From contig JAJFHM010000115.1 of NCBI GenBank assembly GCA_021775625.1, forward strand, positions 1 through 49,407: a stretch of DNA of 49,407 bases, read 5' to 3'. The notes under the pieces are model-generated. The model worked only from the letters and a program-made list of their open reading frames with translations. It was not told the DNA's origin and searched no databases. Below are positions 34,352 through 44,361 of the stretch, in pieces. The stretch is from Hyphomicrobiales bacterium. Its GTDB lineage: Bacteria; Pseudomonadota; Alphaproteobacteria; Rhizobiales; JAJFHB01. Both the position numbers and the translations under genes were made by a program. Numbering within the stretch: position 1 is the stretch's first letter; each line of letters begins with the position of its first letter.

Positions 34352-35158
34352 CTATCCGGATTGCTCCGCAGTGCCCGCGTAGACTTCGAACTTGCCCTCG
34401 TCGAACACCAGCGGCTGCACCATGCCACCTGCCTCCTCAACCACGGCCTCGAACTCCGGCAGGGCGAGAACATTGTCAAAGCAGCGTGACATGGTCGGAA
34501 ATTCCGCCGCCAGATCGATGCCGGCCAAAAGGGCATTGCGGATCTGCGGCACAAGAAAGCAGTCGGCCAGGCTGACATCATCGCCGATGGCATAACGACC
34601 GGCACACGCCTCCATAATGCCTTCGATGGCGCCGAACTCGCGGCGGATGAAGTGAAGGCGCAGGGGATGCTCGGTGGGTGTCGCCTTCACCATGCCCCAC
34701 TCGCCCATGGCCTGAATGATGAACGGAATGTTCTGATAGGGCTGTGTGTCCGAGGCGATGATCCACATGATGCGCCGCGCCTGGGCCCGCAGCCAGGGAT
34801 CTTCCGGCAGCATTGGTCCGGTGTCGTCCGGTGCGACGCAATCTTCAAGATATTCGATGATCGGACCGGTCTGCGTAACTTTTCGGCCATCTGACAGCAG
34901 CAAAATCGGCACCCGTCCTTCAGGGCTGAAGGCGGTCAGATCGGTTGTCCCAACACGCTCCGTCTCAGCGTCACCCTCAGGCATGGTGAACACGAGGATG
35001 CCGCGATGGTCGGTCTCGAGGCCGGTGCTGACCAGTTCCACCATGGATGTTGGAATGCCGCGATATCGCAAATATAGTGTGACGCGCATGGATGCGCTGC
35101 TGGCGGGATGGTAAAACAGGCGGAACGGCCCGGTCTGCGGTTGCGGGACTGCGGGCAT
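34352..35158 (-). CDS. Glutathione S-transferase family protein
   Basis: Thioredoxin-like N-domain (ASMRVTLYLRYRGIP...VPILLLSDGRKVTQTGPIIEYLED) and a helical C-domain (DDVSLADCFLVPQI). Confidence 0.75.
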   Translation of the reverse strand: MPAVPQPQTGPFRLFYHPASSASMRVTLYLRYRGIPTSMVELVSTGLETDHRGILVFTMPEGDAETERVGTTDLTAFSPEGRVPILLLSDGRKVTQTGPIIEYLEDCVAPDDTGPMLPEDPWLRAQARRIMWIIASDTQPYQNIPFIIQAMGEWGMVKATPTEHPLRLHFIRREFGAIEGIMEACAGRYAIGDDVSLADCFLVPQIRNALLAGIDLAAEFPTMSRCFDNVLALPEFEAVVEEAGGMVQPLVFDEGKFEVYAGTAEQSG

Positions 35159-35391
35159 TCTGGTGTACTTCCTTCACAAACAAGAAATTCAACATGCACA
35201 TTATCCAATCATCGCCAATCTGGTCAAACCGGCGCTGCAACTATGATACTCAACAGGCTCTGGCCCGCTTGCGCAGTTTACCGCCGAACGCCTATGCTTC
35301 CTGCGACGCACGATTCGATTATCGGTGTTTCGTGGAGATTGAGTGACGGCTACGGATCCTGGCGCACCCGCCAGGAGAGTGAGGAACAGAC

Positions 35392-37125
35392 GTGAACCCA
35401 TTGATCACAGCCTGGCGGGCCTGCGGAAAATCGCTCATTGCGGTTGGACTGTTCTCGCTGGCCGTAAACATGCTCATGCTGACCGTACCCCTCTATATGA
35501 TTCAGGTGTTCGACCGGGTCCTCTCGAGCGGAAGTGTCGACACGCTGGTGATGCTGACCGTGGTGGCACTCGGCGCGCTCCTGATGTTCGGCACGTTCGA
35601 CATGCTGCGCAATATGGTACTGGCGCGAACCGGCGCGAAACTCGAGTCCGCGCTTGGCGGTCCTCTGCTGGCAGCCTCCATCGTCAACCGCACCAAAGGC
35701 GACCGCTCCGAAGCTCAGGGAATGCGGGATCTCGCAATGCTGCGTTCCTTCCTGTCGGGCCCGGTCGTCGTCACCATGTTCGACGTGCCGATCATGCCGT
35801 TTTACGTGCTGGTGGTTTTCCTCATTCATCCAAGCCTTGGGTGGATCATGCTGGCCGGTGCGACCGTTTTGTTTCTGCTCGCCATCGCCAATCAGCTGAT
35901 CAGCAGAAAACCACTCGCCGCGCAGAACCGCCACACAATGGAGGCTCTGGCCACCGCCCAGTCGCATGTGCGAAATGCGGAAGTGATCCAGGCGATGAGC
36001 ATGTTTCCTCAAAGCGTGAACGCTTGGGGAAAGCAAAACGCACGTTCGCTGCAGGCAATGATTGTGGCCACCACGCGGGGCGCCTTCATGCAATCGTTCT
36101 CGAAGGTGTTCCGTCTCTACCTGCAGGTTATGCTGCTTGGATATGGTGCCTGGCTGGTCCTGCAGCAGGATCTGACCGCGGGCATGATCTTCGCCGCCAC
36201 GCTGGTCGGTGCGCGGGCACTGGCACCGGTGGAAGGCGCCATCACCGGCTGGCAGAGCTTCACGCAGGCGCGCGCGGCTTACGGCCGAGTGCGGACCACG
36301 CTTGCAACATCGGGCGATTTCTCGCCGCGCACCGCCCTGCCTGATCCCAAAGGCGAGATTATCGGTGATAAACTCGCCTACGTTCCCAAGCCCGGCGCCA
36401 AGCCTGTCCTCAAGGGCATATCGTTCAAGGTCTTGCCCGGTGACGCGGTCGCCATTGTGGGGCCGACAGGGGCTGGAAAATCGACATTGGCCCGGTTGCT
36501 GGTCGGAGCACTGCCGCCGACGGCCGGTGCCGTGCGCCTTGACGGTGCGGACCTTGCCAATTGGGACCGCGACCAGCTCGGCCAGTATATCGGCTATCTG
36601 CCGCAGGACGTTGAGCTGTTTCCCGGAACCATTGCGGAAAATATCGCTCGGCTCGACCCTGACGCCCCATCCGACGCCGTGGTCGCAGCGGCAACGCTTG
36701 CCAATGTGCACGACCTGATCGTGCGCCTGCCGGAAGGATACGACACGCTTATCGACCCGTCGGGCTTCGAGCTGTCGGGAGGACAACGCCAGCGTATTGG
36801 CCTTGCCCGCGCCTTTTACGGCTCACCGCAATTTGTCGTGCTGGATGAGCCGAACGCCAATCTCGACAACGAGGGGGAACATGCCCTCATGCAAACCCTC
36901 GTGGCGGCGAAAAAAACCGGCGTAACGACAATCATCATCGCCCATCGCCCCTCCGTCATAGAAGTGGTTGACCGTGTCATGGTTCTGCGCGATGGCGCAA
37001 TCGAACTCTATGGCCCGCGCACGGACGTTCTGGCGAAAATCACCAATATGCGGCAGCGCGCAATCGCCGGGTCCAAGCCCGACGCAGCCCAGAACGCAAA
37101 ACCCCCTAAGCGAGGAAAGTCATGA
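35392..37125 (+). CDS. Type I secretion system permease/ATPase (PrtD/AprD/HasD family ABC transporter)
   Basis: N-terminal LFSLAVNMLMLTVPLYMIQVFDRVL, Walker A GPTGAGKST, signature LSGGQRQR, Walker B VVLDEPNANLD. GTG start. Confidence 0.9.
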   Translation: MNPLITAWRACGKSLIAVGLFSLAVNMLMLTVPLYMIQVFDRVLSSGSVDTLVMLTVVALGALLMFGTFDMLRNMVLARTGAKLESALGGPLLAASIVNRTKGDRSEAQGMRDLAMLRSFLSGPVVVTMFDVPIMPFYVLVVFLIHPSLGWIMLAGATVLFLLAIANQLISRKPLAAQNRHTMEALATAQSHVRNAEVIQAMSMFPQSVNAWGKQNARSLQAMIVATTRGAFMQSFSKVFRLYLQVMLLGYGAWLVLQQDLTAGMIFAATLVGARALAPVEGAITGWQSFTQARAAYGRVRTTLATSGDFSPRTALPDPKGEIIGDKLAYVPKPGAKPVLKGISFKVLPGDAVAIVGPTGAGKSTLARLLVGALPPTAGAVRLDGADLANWDRDQLGQYIGYLPQDVELFPGTIAENIARLDPDAPSDAVVAAATLANVHDLIVRLPEGYDTLIDPSGFELSGGQRQRIGLARAFYGSPQFVVLDEPNANLDNEGEHALMQTLVAAKKTGVTTIIIAHRPSVIEVVDRVMVLRDGAIELYGPRTDVLAKITNMRQRAIAGSKPDAAQNAKPPKRGKS

Positions 37126-38480
37126 GCCAGAAGGCATCCGGCCTGGTTGAACAGTCCCGCACAGAGACCGCCTTCAACGCGTGGCACGCAACCGTCACAA
37201 AGGGCAGCAGCCGGCTTTCCATAATCGGTCTCCTTGTGCTTATCGTGGCCTTTGGCGGCGGTGGACTGTGGGCTGCAACGGCACCACTTGCCGGAGCAGC
37301 GCTGGCCACTGGTACAGTGGTCGCGACCGGTCAGAACCAGACCATCCAGCATCTAGAAGGCGGTATCATCGAAGATATTCTTGTCAAGGAAGGCCAGAAG
37401 GTAAAGAAGGGACAGATCCTGATCCGACTGAGCCGCTCGACGGCAACGGCAAACCTGCAACGTTACAAAACTCAGCACGATACCTACCGCGCCCTGCGCG
37501 CCCGGTATCGCGCGCAGCTGGATGGCGATGCGGAGATCACGTTTCCACAGGATTTGCTCGACAAGGATTCCGATCCGGAAGTGGCTGAAATCATCGAAAC
37601 CCAAAAATCGGAATTCGGCGCAATGCGGGAAGAACTGCAAAGCGAGATTTCCATATTTGAAAAGCGCCGGGCAGCCTATGATGAAGAGATTGCCGGCCTC
37701 AAGGCGCAGCGCTCATCGCAATCCGATCAGTTCGGGCTGATCCAGGAAGAGATGGAAGCGACCAAAACGCTTCTCGATCAGGGGCTGACACCCAAATCCA
37801 AATATCTGGCGCTGCAACGCAAATCCTCCGAGCTCACCGGCAACCAGGCCCAGCTTTCGGCACGGATTGCACGCGCCAAGCAGAACATTGCCGAGACCGA
37901 ACAGGAAATTGTTCAACTCAAGAAGGAGCGGCGGCGTACGTCAATCTCGGAACTCAGGGATGTTCAGTCACGGCTCAGCGATGTACAACAACAGATGCAG
38001 GCGGCGGAAGAAGTCGTCCGGCGGATTGAAGTTCGCGCACCGATCAATGGTGTTGTCGTCAAGATGCATCACAACACGCATGGCGGTGTGGTGGCGCCGG
38101 GGGAACCGATCCTCGAGCTGCTTCCCGGCGATGCTACGCTGCTGATAGAGGCCCGTGTTCGGCCGGAAGATATCGACGTGGTCCATGCCGGCCGGCCAGC
38201 CAAGCTTCGCTTTACGTCGCTGCGGCAGCGCATTACACCGACGCTGCCGGGCGAAGTGACCTACGTATCAGCCGACCGCTTTACCGACCCGGCCACAAAC
38301 TCCAACTATTATGAAGCGCGGGTCAAAATTGCGTCAGACCTCCCGGAGGAGTTTGCCAACATTGAGATCACCCCCGGAATGCCGGTGGAGGTCTATGTGG
38401 AAACCCGCGCCCGCACGGCGTTGCAGTATTTCCTCGGACCAATTACCGACAGCTTTGCCCGGTCATTCCTGGAAGACTAA
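37122..38480 (+). CDS. HlyD-family type I secretion membrane fusion protein
   Basis: Single N-terminal TM, IQHLEGGII lipoyl-like motif, long coiled coil, C-terminal beta-barrel domain. Overlaps the ABC gene by 4 nt. Confidence 0.9.
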   Translation: MSQKASGLVEQSRTETAFNAWHATVTKGSSRLSIIGLLVLIVAFGGGGLWAATAPLAGAALATGTVVATGQNQTIQHLEGGIIEDILVKEGQKVKKGQILIRLSRSTATANLQRYKTQHDTYRALRARYRAQLDGDAEITFPQDLLDKDSDPEVAEIIETQKSEFGAMREELQSEISIFEKRRAAYDEEIAGLKAQRSSQSDQFGLIQEEMEATKTLLDQGLTPKSKYLALQRKSSELTGNQAQLSARIARAKQNIAETEQEIVQLKKERRRTSISELRDVQSRLSDVQQQMQAAEEVVRRIEVRAPINGVVVKMHHNTHGGVVAPGEPILELLPGDATLLIEARVRPEDIDVVHAGRPAKLRFTSLRQRITPTLPGEVTYVSADRFTDPATNSNYYEARVKIASDLPEEFANIEITPGMPVEVYVETRARTALQYFLGPITDSFARSFLED

Positions 38481-38582
38481 ACTCCATGGATTCTAGTGCG
38501 CGTGGAAAGATCATGCTCTAGGGCTTGCGCACTTCCCGCACCTCGGTTATGCCGCCAGTGACTTTTTCCCCAAATCACAGCA

Positions 38583-40031
38583 ATGGTGGCTCCCATGTAT
38601 CCCGAAAAACTGGAACTCTTGATCAATGGCGAATGGTGTCAGGGCAGCGAGGGTAAATCCGAGCCCGTCATCAACCCGGCGACCGAAGAAGTACTGGCCG
38701 AAGTGCCGCACGCATCGGTGTCCGACCTCGACCGCGCGCTGCAGGCCAGCGCCGAGGGCTTCAAGGTCTGGCGCGCCACCTCGCCATTGCAGCGTCAGGC
38801 GGTGATCGAAAAGGCCGCCTCATTGATGCAGGAGCGGATCGACGACATCGCCAGAACACTGACCATGGAAATGGGCAAGCCGTTTGGTGAGTCGAAGGTG
38901 GAAATCGGCTTCGTGATAGATGTGGCGCGCTGGTATGGCGAAGAAGGCAAACGCGCCTATGGGCGGTTGGTGCCGTCTCGCTTTCCCGGCGCCCGGCAGA
39001 TGGTGGTCAAGGAGCCGGTGGGGCCGGCCTGCGCGTTTGTCGCCTGGAACTTTCCCGGCACCAACGTCATCCGCAAAATTGCAGGCGCCCTGGGGGCCGG
39101 CTGCTCGATCATCATCAAACCGAGCGAAGAAACCCCTGGCACCGCCGTCGCCATCGCGCGCTGCTTCCAGGATGCCGGTCTGCCGCCGGGGACGTTGAAT
39201 GTGGTGTTCGGTGTGCCAGGCGAGGTCTCGAGCCACATTCTTGCCTCCTCTATCCCCCGCAAGGTTTCCTTCACCGGCTCGATCCCGGTGGGCAAGCACC
39301 TGTTGAAGCTTTCGGCCGACACCCTCAAGCGCTGCACCATGGAACTGGGCGGCCACGCCCCGGTGGTGGTGTTCGATGATGCGGATATCGAGAAAACGCT
39401 GAACACCCTGGCCGTCTTCAAATTCCGCAATGCCGGTCAGGTCTGCATTTCGCCGACGCGATTTTATGTCCAGGACAAGAGCTACAAGGCGTTCGTCGAA
39501 GGGTTCACCGAGCGGGCGAAGGCGGTAAAGGTCGGAAACGGCATGGACGATGGCATTGAGATGGGCCCGCTGATTGCCGATCGCCGCCTCGATGTCATGG
39601 ATGAATTCGTCGCCGATGCGAAAGATCACGGCGCCTCTATCACCACCGGTGGCGAGCGTATGGGAAACCAGGGCTATTTCTATTCTCCCACCGTGCTCTC
39701 CGACGTGCCGGACGATGCCAGGATCATGGTCGACGAACCGTTCGGGCCCCTGGCGCCAATCACTCATTTCAATTCGTTCGACGAAGTGGTGGAACGGGCG
39801 AACTCCCTGCCCTTCGGTCTCGCCTCCTACGTGTTCACCAGCGATGGCGGCAAGGCTGCAAAGATCGAAGATGCACTCGACGCGGGACTGGTCGGCGTCA
39901 ATCACCCAGGCGTGGCGACGCCGGAAACGCCGTTTGGCGGCGTCAACGAATCCGGATACGGCTCCGAAGGCGGCATCGAGGGCCTCGATGCCTTCCTGCG
40001 CACCAAATTCATAACCGAGGTTGGAGTTTAA
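38583..40031 (+). CDS. NAD(P)-dependent aldehyde dehydrogenase (succinate-semialdehyde dehydrogenase-like)
   Basis: MELGGHAPVVVFDDAD and FRNAGQVCISPTRFYVQ (catalytic Glu/Cys region). GabD-like overall. The alternative ATG at 38595 is possible. Confidence 0.85.
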   Translation: MVAPMYPEKLELLINGEWCQGSEGKSEPVINPATEEVLAEVPHASVSDLDRALQASAEGFKVWRATSPLQRQAVIEKAASLMQERIDDIARTLTMEMGKPFGESKVEIGFVIDVARWYGEEGKRAYGRLVPSRFPGARQMVVKEPVGPACAFVAWNFPGTNVIRKIAGALGAGCSIIIKPSEETPGTAVAIARCFQDAGLPPGTLNVVFGVPGEVSSHILASSIPRKVSFTGSIPVGKHLLKLSADTLKRCTMELGGHAPVVVFDDADIEKTLNTLAVFKFRNAGQVCISPTRFYVQDKSYKAFVEGFTERAKAVKVGNGMDDGIEMGPLIADRRLDVMDEFVADAKDHGASITTGGERMGNQGYFYSPTVLSDVPDDARIMVDEPFGPLAPITHFNSFDEVVERANSLPFGLASYVFTSDGGKAAKIEDALDAGLVGVNHPGVATPETPFGGVNESGYGSEGGIEGLDAFLRTKFITEVGV

Positions 40032-41620
40032 CCACCGCCACCACCCGGCAATGTGAGTTCAAAGACAGTGCCGCGCTCCGATGGCAGAAGGCGGATTGTG
40101 CCGCCATGCGCCACAAGCATGGAGCGGACAATGCCGAGACCCATCCCTGTGCCACCGCTTTCGCGCCTGGTGGTAAAGAAGGGATCGAAGATCTGTTCGC
40201 GGTTGTTGGCAGAGATGCCCTCGCCGTTGTCGCTTGCAATAACGCGGATCGTGTCAATGCGCCCATCTACATCGAGGATCAGGGCCGTCGCCCCGTGCCG
40301 TGCGGCATTATCGGCAAGGTGCGAAAAGATGATGCCCGCATTCTCGCGCGACATGGCTATGAGGCGGTCGGTGTCGCCATCTGCATCAATGGGAAAGCGT
40401 GAGTGAGCGGCCTGCACATCGGATATGACCGTGCTCAGGAGGACCGGCCCCCTCTCCTGCGGATTGTCCGCACGGGCCAGGTCGCGCAACCGCTCCAGCA
40501 GGGCTGTGAGCCGCGCGGTATCCTGAATAACATTGCCCAGAAAGCGCTTGCGTTCCTGCTCGGTCATGGCGTCGCCGGAATCACGCATTAACTCCGCAGC
40601 CCCCTGGATGGAGGTCAGCGGCGTCTTCAGCTCATGCGAAACGTGGGCGGCAAAATTAGCGACATAATCGGAGCGTTCGCTCAGCCGTTGCGCCATGTCG
40701 ATGAAGCTTTGAGAGAGCGTGGCGATCTCGCGGCTGCCGTGATGGGCCGGCGGCAGAGCCCCTTCGCGCTCGCCCCGGCCAATCTGGCGTATGTAGTGGA
40801 TAAGCCCGTGGATCGGCTGGGTAATGACCCGCAGGAACACCAGGCCGATCAGCAACGTGAACCCGAGAATGGTGATCGCCGCGAGTACCACCTTGCGGCG
40901 TTCCTCATAGAGATGTTTGAGAATATTGCTGGGGGTGCGCGAGGTGTAGATGACGCCCGCGACCTTCTGGTCCACGAACACGGGGAAGGCGGAAAACACA
41001 CGGATGTCCGTGCCGCGGCTGATGGAGTAGATCGGCGGCCTCGGCCGGTCAATCTTGCGCTTCCGCAAAACGCTTGTGTACCGCCCCGCCAGTGCTGCTT
41101 TCACCTCCGGGACATGGGCGAGTGACAGACCGACTTCTCCCAGACCGCTGATCACATTGCCGCGCGGATCAAGCACAATAAACCCTGCAAGCGTAATCCG
41201 CCGGGCCTGGCTGGTGAGTTCGGTGAGCCCCGCACCAATCTCAAGATAGGCGGGCTCAAGCGCCTCTACGGCCAAACGTGCGTTTGGCCGCCGTTCAAGG
41301 ATCTTGTCAACCGCGAGGTCGAGGCGCGGCAGAACTGGTGCGATCGGCATCTTGTCCCGCTCGCGCAGGTCTTCCGGTTCGGCCTCACCAAGCGTGACAT
41401 CGTCAGGCAGCCGCGCGCTCACCTCTCGCGCCAGCATGGTGCCGAGCACGGCACTTTGGGTGATCAGTTCCATTTCGGTCTGGCGCACGAGCTGGTTCTC
41501 GTAAAGCCGGAAAAACACCAGACCCACCAGCGGCAAAGCGAGAACCCCGATCAGCACCGTGAACACAATCATGCTCAAGGTCGGCCGCCACTTGGATTTG
41601 ACCGCGTGTACGGCCATCAC
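40028..41620 (-). CDS. Sensor histidine kinase (two TM, periplasmic domain, HAMP, HisKA, HATPase_c)
   Basis: H-box AHVSHELKTPLTSI, N-box and G-boxes (DNGEGI, GGTGMGLGIV). Start overlaps the response regulator stop. Confidence 0.9.
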   Translation of the reverse strand: MMAVHAVKSKWRPTLSMIVFTVLIGVLALPLVGLVFFRLYENQLVRQTEMELITQSAVLGTMLAREVSARLPDDVTLGEAEPEDLRERDKMPIAPVLPRLDLAVDKILERRPNARLAVEALEPAYLEIGAGLTELTSQARRITLAGFIVLDPRGNVISGLGEVGLSLAHVPEVKAALAGRYTSVLRKRKIDRPRPPIYSISRGTDIRVFSAFPVFVDQKVAGVIYTSRTPSNILKHLYEERRKVVLAAITILGFTLLIGLVFLRVITQPIHGLIHYIRQIGRGEREGALPPAHHGSREIATLSQSFIDMAQRLSERSDYVANFAAHVSHELKTPLTSIQGAAELMRDSGDAMTEQERKRFLGNVIQDTARLTALLERLRDLARADNPQERGPVLLSTVISDVQAAHSRFPIDADGDTDRLIAMSRENAGIIFSHLADNAARHGATALILDVDGRIDTIRVIASDNGEGISANNREQIFDPFFTTRRESGGTGMGLGIVRSMLVAHGGTIRLLPSERGTVFELTLPGGGGG

Positions 41621-42318
41621 CCGGCCTCGCAGGCTCCAAGCCGGAAGCCCACGCCATGCACAGTTTCGATGCCGGTCGCACAGCCCGCGTCCTGCAACTT
41701 GGCGCGCACGTTGCGGATGTGGCTGTCGATTGTGCGGTTTGACACGTGGATGTTCGATCCGTAGGCAGCCGCCATGATCTTGTCGCGGTCGAAGACAATA
41801 CCGGGTCTTGAGATCATGGTTTTCAGGATGGCGAACTCAATCGACGTTAAGGCCAGGTCCTCACCGTTGAATGCAGCGAGATGGCGGGCGGCATCGAGCA
41901 CCAGATGACCATGTTGGACCGGCTCATCGTGCTGTTCGGGTTCGGCGCTTCGCGGTGCCGTACGCTTCAAAATGACATTGACCCGAGCGATAAGTTCCCG
42001 CGGGCTGAACGGTTTGGTGACGTAGTCGTCACCGCCGATTTCAAGCCCCAGAACCCGGTCGATCTCATCGTCGCGCGCGGAGAGAAAAAGGATCGGCACA
42101 TCCGACGTTTTGCGAATTTCGCGGCAAACCTCCAAACCGTCCATCTCGGGCATCCCGACATCGAGGACGACCAATTGCGGCGGGTCGGTGGCAAAGCGTT
42201 CAAGCGCCTCTGCGCCATCGCGGGCGATGACCGGTGCGAACTCCGCTTTTTCCAACGCAAAGCAAATCACCTCGCGGATATGCGGGTCGTCGTCCACGAC
42301 CAGAATACGCCGAGCCAT
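41617..42318 (-). CDS. OmpR-family response regulator
   Basis: MARRILVVDDDPHIREV...VVLDVGMPEMDG receiver domain plus a winged-helix C-terminus (LTSIEFAILKTM...VHGVGFRL). The start ATG at 42316-42318 was chosen; the track ORF to 42540 runs through a repeat element. Confidence 0.9.
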   Translation of the reverse strand: MARRILVVDDDPHIREVICFALEKAEFAPVIARDGAEALERFATDPPQLVVLDVGMPEMDGLEVCREIRKTSDVPILFLSARDDEIDRVLGLEIGGDDYVTKPFSPRELIARVNVILKRTAPRSAEPEQHDEPVQHGHLVLDAARHLAAFNGEDLALTSIEFAILKTMISRPGIVFDRDKIMAAAYGSNIHVSNRTIDSHIRNVRAKLQDAGCATGIETVHGVGFRLGACEAG

Positions 42319-42354
42319 GCTGTATCTTTCCCGAATTTCAGGCTCTGCATCATC

Positions 42355-42516
42355 AGAGCGCTTCATGTTTACACGGAACCGTTTGATGGTCCAAATAGGC
42401 CCGTTGGCCACGTTGCGGCGCTTGCCCGATGTACCGCATCGTGGCTCACGCACCGCGCCTTGCCGAGCGAACCGATTTGGACCATCAAACGGTTCCATAT
42501 GAACGTGAAGCGCTCT
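42355..42516. repeat. 162-bp intergenic element bounded by 42-nt imperfect terminal inverted repeats (MITE-like or large RNA hairpin)
   Basis: 42355-42396 (agagcgcttcatgtttacacggaaccgtttgatggtccaaat) is the reverse complement of 42475-42516 at 38/42 positions by hand alignment. All four mismatches are transitions. A 78-nt centre separates the arms. Confidence 0.8.
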
Positions 42517-42539
42517 CGCACAGAGCGATGGTGGGTACA

Positions 42540-44090
42540 TCAGGGGGAAATTTGCGCGACGCTACGCGGTCGGCGCAGATATTGGACGAGCCGCCAGTCC
42601 CGAAATGTCCAGTGACGCCAGTTCGATGCCGACCTTCGCCGATGCTCATAGGACAGACGGTCACGGCTTCCAAGCAGATAAGGCGCAACCTTCTCGCTGC
42701 GGCTGCGTTGATGTGCGATGAAACGATCGAGCGCTGGAAGCGACATTGCCCCCAACTGGACCAGGTATTTGGTGTCGAGGCTGACACCCTTGCCAGCCAC
42801 TTCAAAACTGTGATCCACATTGTAACCTGCAATCAGGTGGGTGAAATTAACGAATGAAGACGCATAGAGCACCGTCATCAATGTCGCCAGATTGGCCGCC
42901 ACCAGCCATTCATTGGATCGCTGAAACACGATCCGCGCGACGATCAGAGCCAACCCGGCGGCGACCAGCCCCATCCAGATAAAGGCGGCCACACGCAATT
43001 CCGTGAGCGCGTAGATATCCACGTAAAGCTCCAACCGGTGGATCGCCGAGATCACCAGCAGGATGTTCTGGCCGACCCAGAGATAAACCAGGGTACGAAT
43101 CGCCTGAGCACTTTCGGTGGCGCTTGCCGGACGCATGGCAATGAGAACGAAAACCGCCGCGAGAAGCGCTGTCGCAATGAGGGGATAGGCACCGCGATGC
43201 GCATATTCAGCATAAGTGGTCCCGGCGGGCAGATCGGCTCCGCCCCACAGGAAGACGATATCGAGAGCCGTCTGCACGGCGAACAGTGCGTTGAACAGGA
43301 GAAGCGATCGGCGAACCGATGCAGTGTTGAACAGGCGTTCGCTCTCGGCTCGGCGTTTGGCAGCCGGCACGGGCGTGGCTTCGTGTGGTCCCGCCTCGGC
43401 CACCGGGGCACTGTACTCAATCCTTTTGCGTTTGCTGAAACGAACCCGGATGTAGGGCCAGGTGACGGAACTCACGATCAGCCAGAACACCACCCTGTAA
43501 AACCCGATGCCATCAGTCTCGGGCAGAAACTCAAAAGACGTGATCACCTGTTCGATCAGCGGATTGGCGGCTGTGAACAACAGCAAAAACACAGCCCCGA
43601 AAAACACGGGAACCAGCCAGCCAGCGGCCAGCCCCTGCCGGTCTGTCCCGCGGCGGCTTCGCCGCATTAGCCGCTTCGACAGGAACAGATCGGGCAGCAA
43701 CCGGAACGGCCCGGCAAACATCAGCCTGCCGGCATTCGACAGGGCCTGTGTCAGGCTCTCACCTTGATGGCCGGTGGCAATGAGGGCGAAGGCAATCACC
43801 GATAAAGCGCAGATCAACAAAGACAGTATGCCCACCTGTTCAACCACAGGCACAAGGCCTGCAACCGCGATGGCGCAGGCAAGCCATACTTGCGTCTGTC
43901 CGGCCTGTTTGTTGGTTGTTGCTGCGGCGAGACAGACCGCGGCTGCGAAGATTGCGCAGGAAATGCCCAACCCGTGATTGAAGAACAACCAGTCGGCGAG
44001 GAACGTAATCGCCAGAACGGCAACAGGCTGGCGCTCAAGACTTCCGGTTTTGAACGGCACAAGCGCCGTGATCGCGCGGGAGTGGGTCAT
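42540..44090 (-). CDS. Polytopic membrane protein (DUF4153/DUF4173-like)
   Basis: About 12 hydrophobic helices with no enzymatic motifs. ATG at 44088-44090 chosen (GGAGG 11 nt upstream). The family name is from memory only. Confidence 0.55.
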   Translation of the reverse strand: MTHSRAITALVPFKTGSLERQPVAVLAITFLADWLFFNHGLGISCAIFAAAVCLAAATTNKQAGQTQVWLACAIAVAGLVPVVEQVGILSLLICALSVIAFALIATGHQGESLTQALSNAGRLMFAGPFRLLPDLFLSKRLMRRSRRGTDRQGLAAGWLVPVFFGAVFLLLFTAANPLIEQVITSFEFLPETDGIGFYRVVFWLIVSSVTWPYIRVRFSKRKRIEYSAPVAEAGPHEATPVPAAKRRAESERLFNTASVRRSLLLFNALFAVQTALDIVFLWGGADLPAGTTYAEYAHRGAYPLIATALLAAVFVLIAMRPASATESAQAIRTLVYLWVGQNILLVISAIHRLELYVDIYALTELRVAAFIWMGLVAAGLALIVARIVFQRSNEWLVAANLATLMTVLYASSFVNFTHLIAGYNVDHSFEVAGKGVSLDTKYLVQLGAMSLPALDRFIAHQRSRSEKVAPYLLGSRDRLSYEHRRRSASNWRHWTFRDWRLVQYLRRPRSVAQISP

Positions 44091-44361
44091 CTGTCGTGCG
44101 GCCTCCGGCGGGTGTTTGATGCGATAATCCGTGAACGGTGGTCCGCGGGAACTGAAGGACGATGGCCGGTGGTTGCGGGAGGGGGAGACACAACCACCAG
44201 CCATCATTGACAACCCGGTCGGGGAACCTGCTTAGGGGTGAGTGCAGCAACGGGTGTCTGTCCATAAGCGCAACAATCGCTAATGACCGCGCCCAGAATG
44301 GGCCCGCAGTGCTTAGATTTTCAGGATGTTTGTGCAGAAATTGTGCAAATCGGCGCGCCCG

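Noticed and set aside
42360-42520. Repeated peptide PIWTIKRF(R/H)(V/M)N(M/V)KRS appearing in two opposite-strand ORFs, which might suggest a duplicated small gene
   Set aside because: It is fully explained by the DNA inverted repeat at 42355-42396 and 42475-42516. Neither copy has a credible start or SD, and the ORFs are extensions of other frames.
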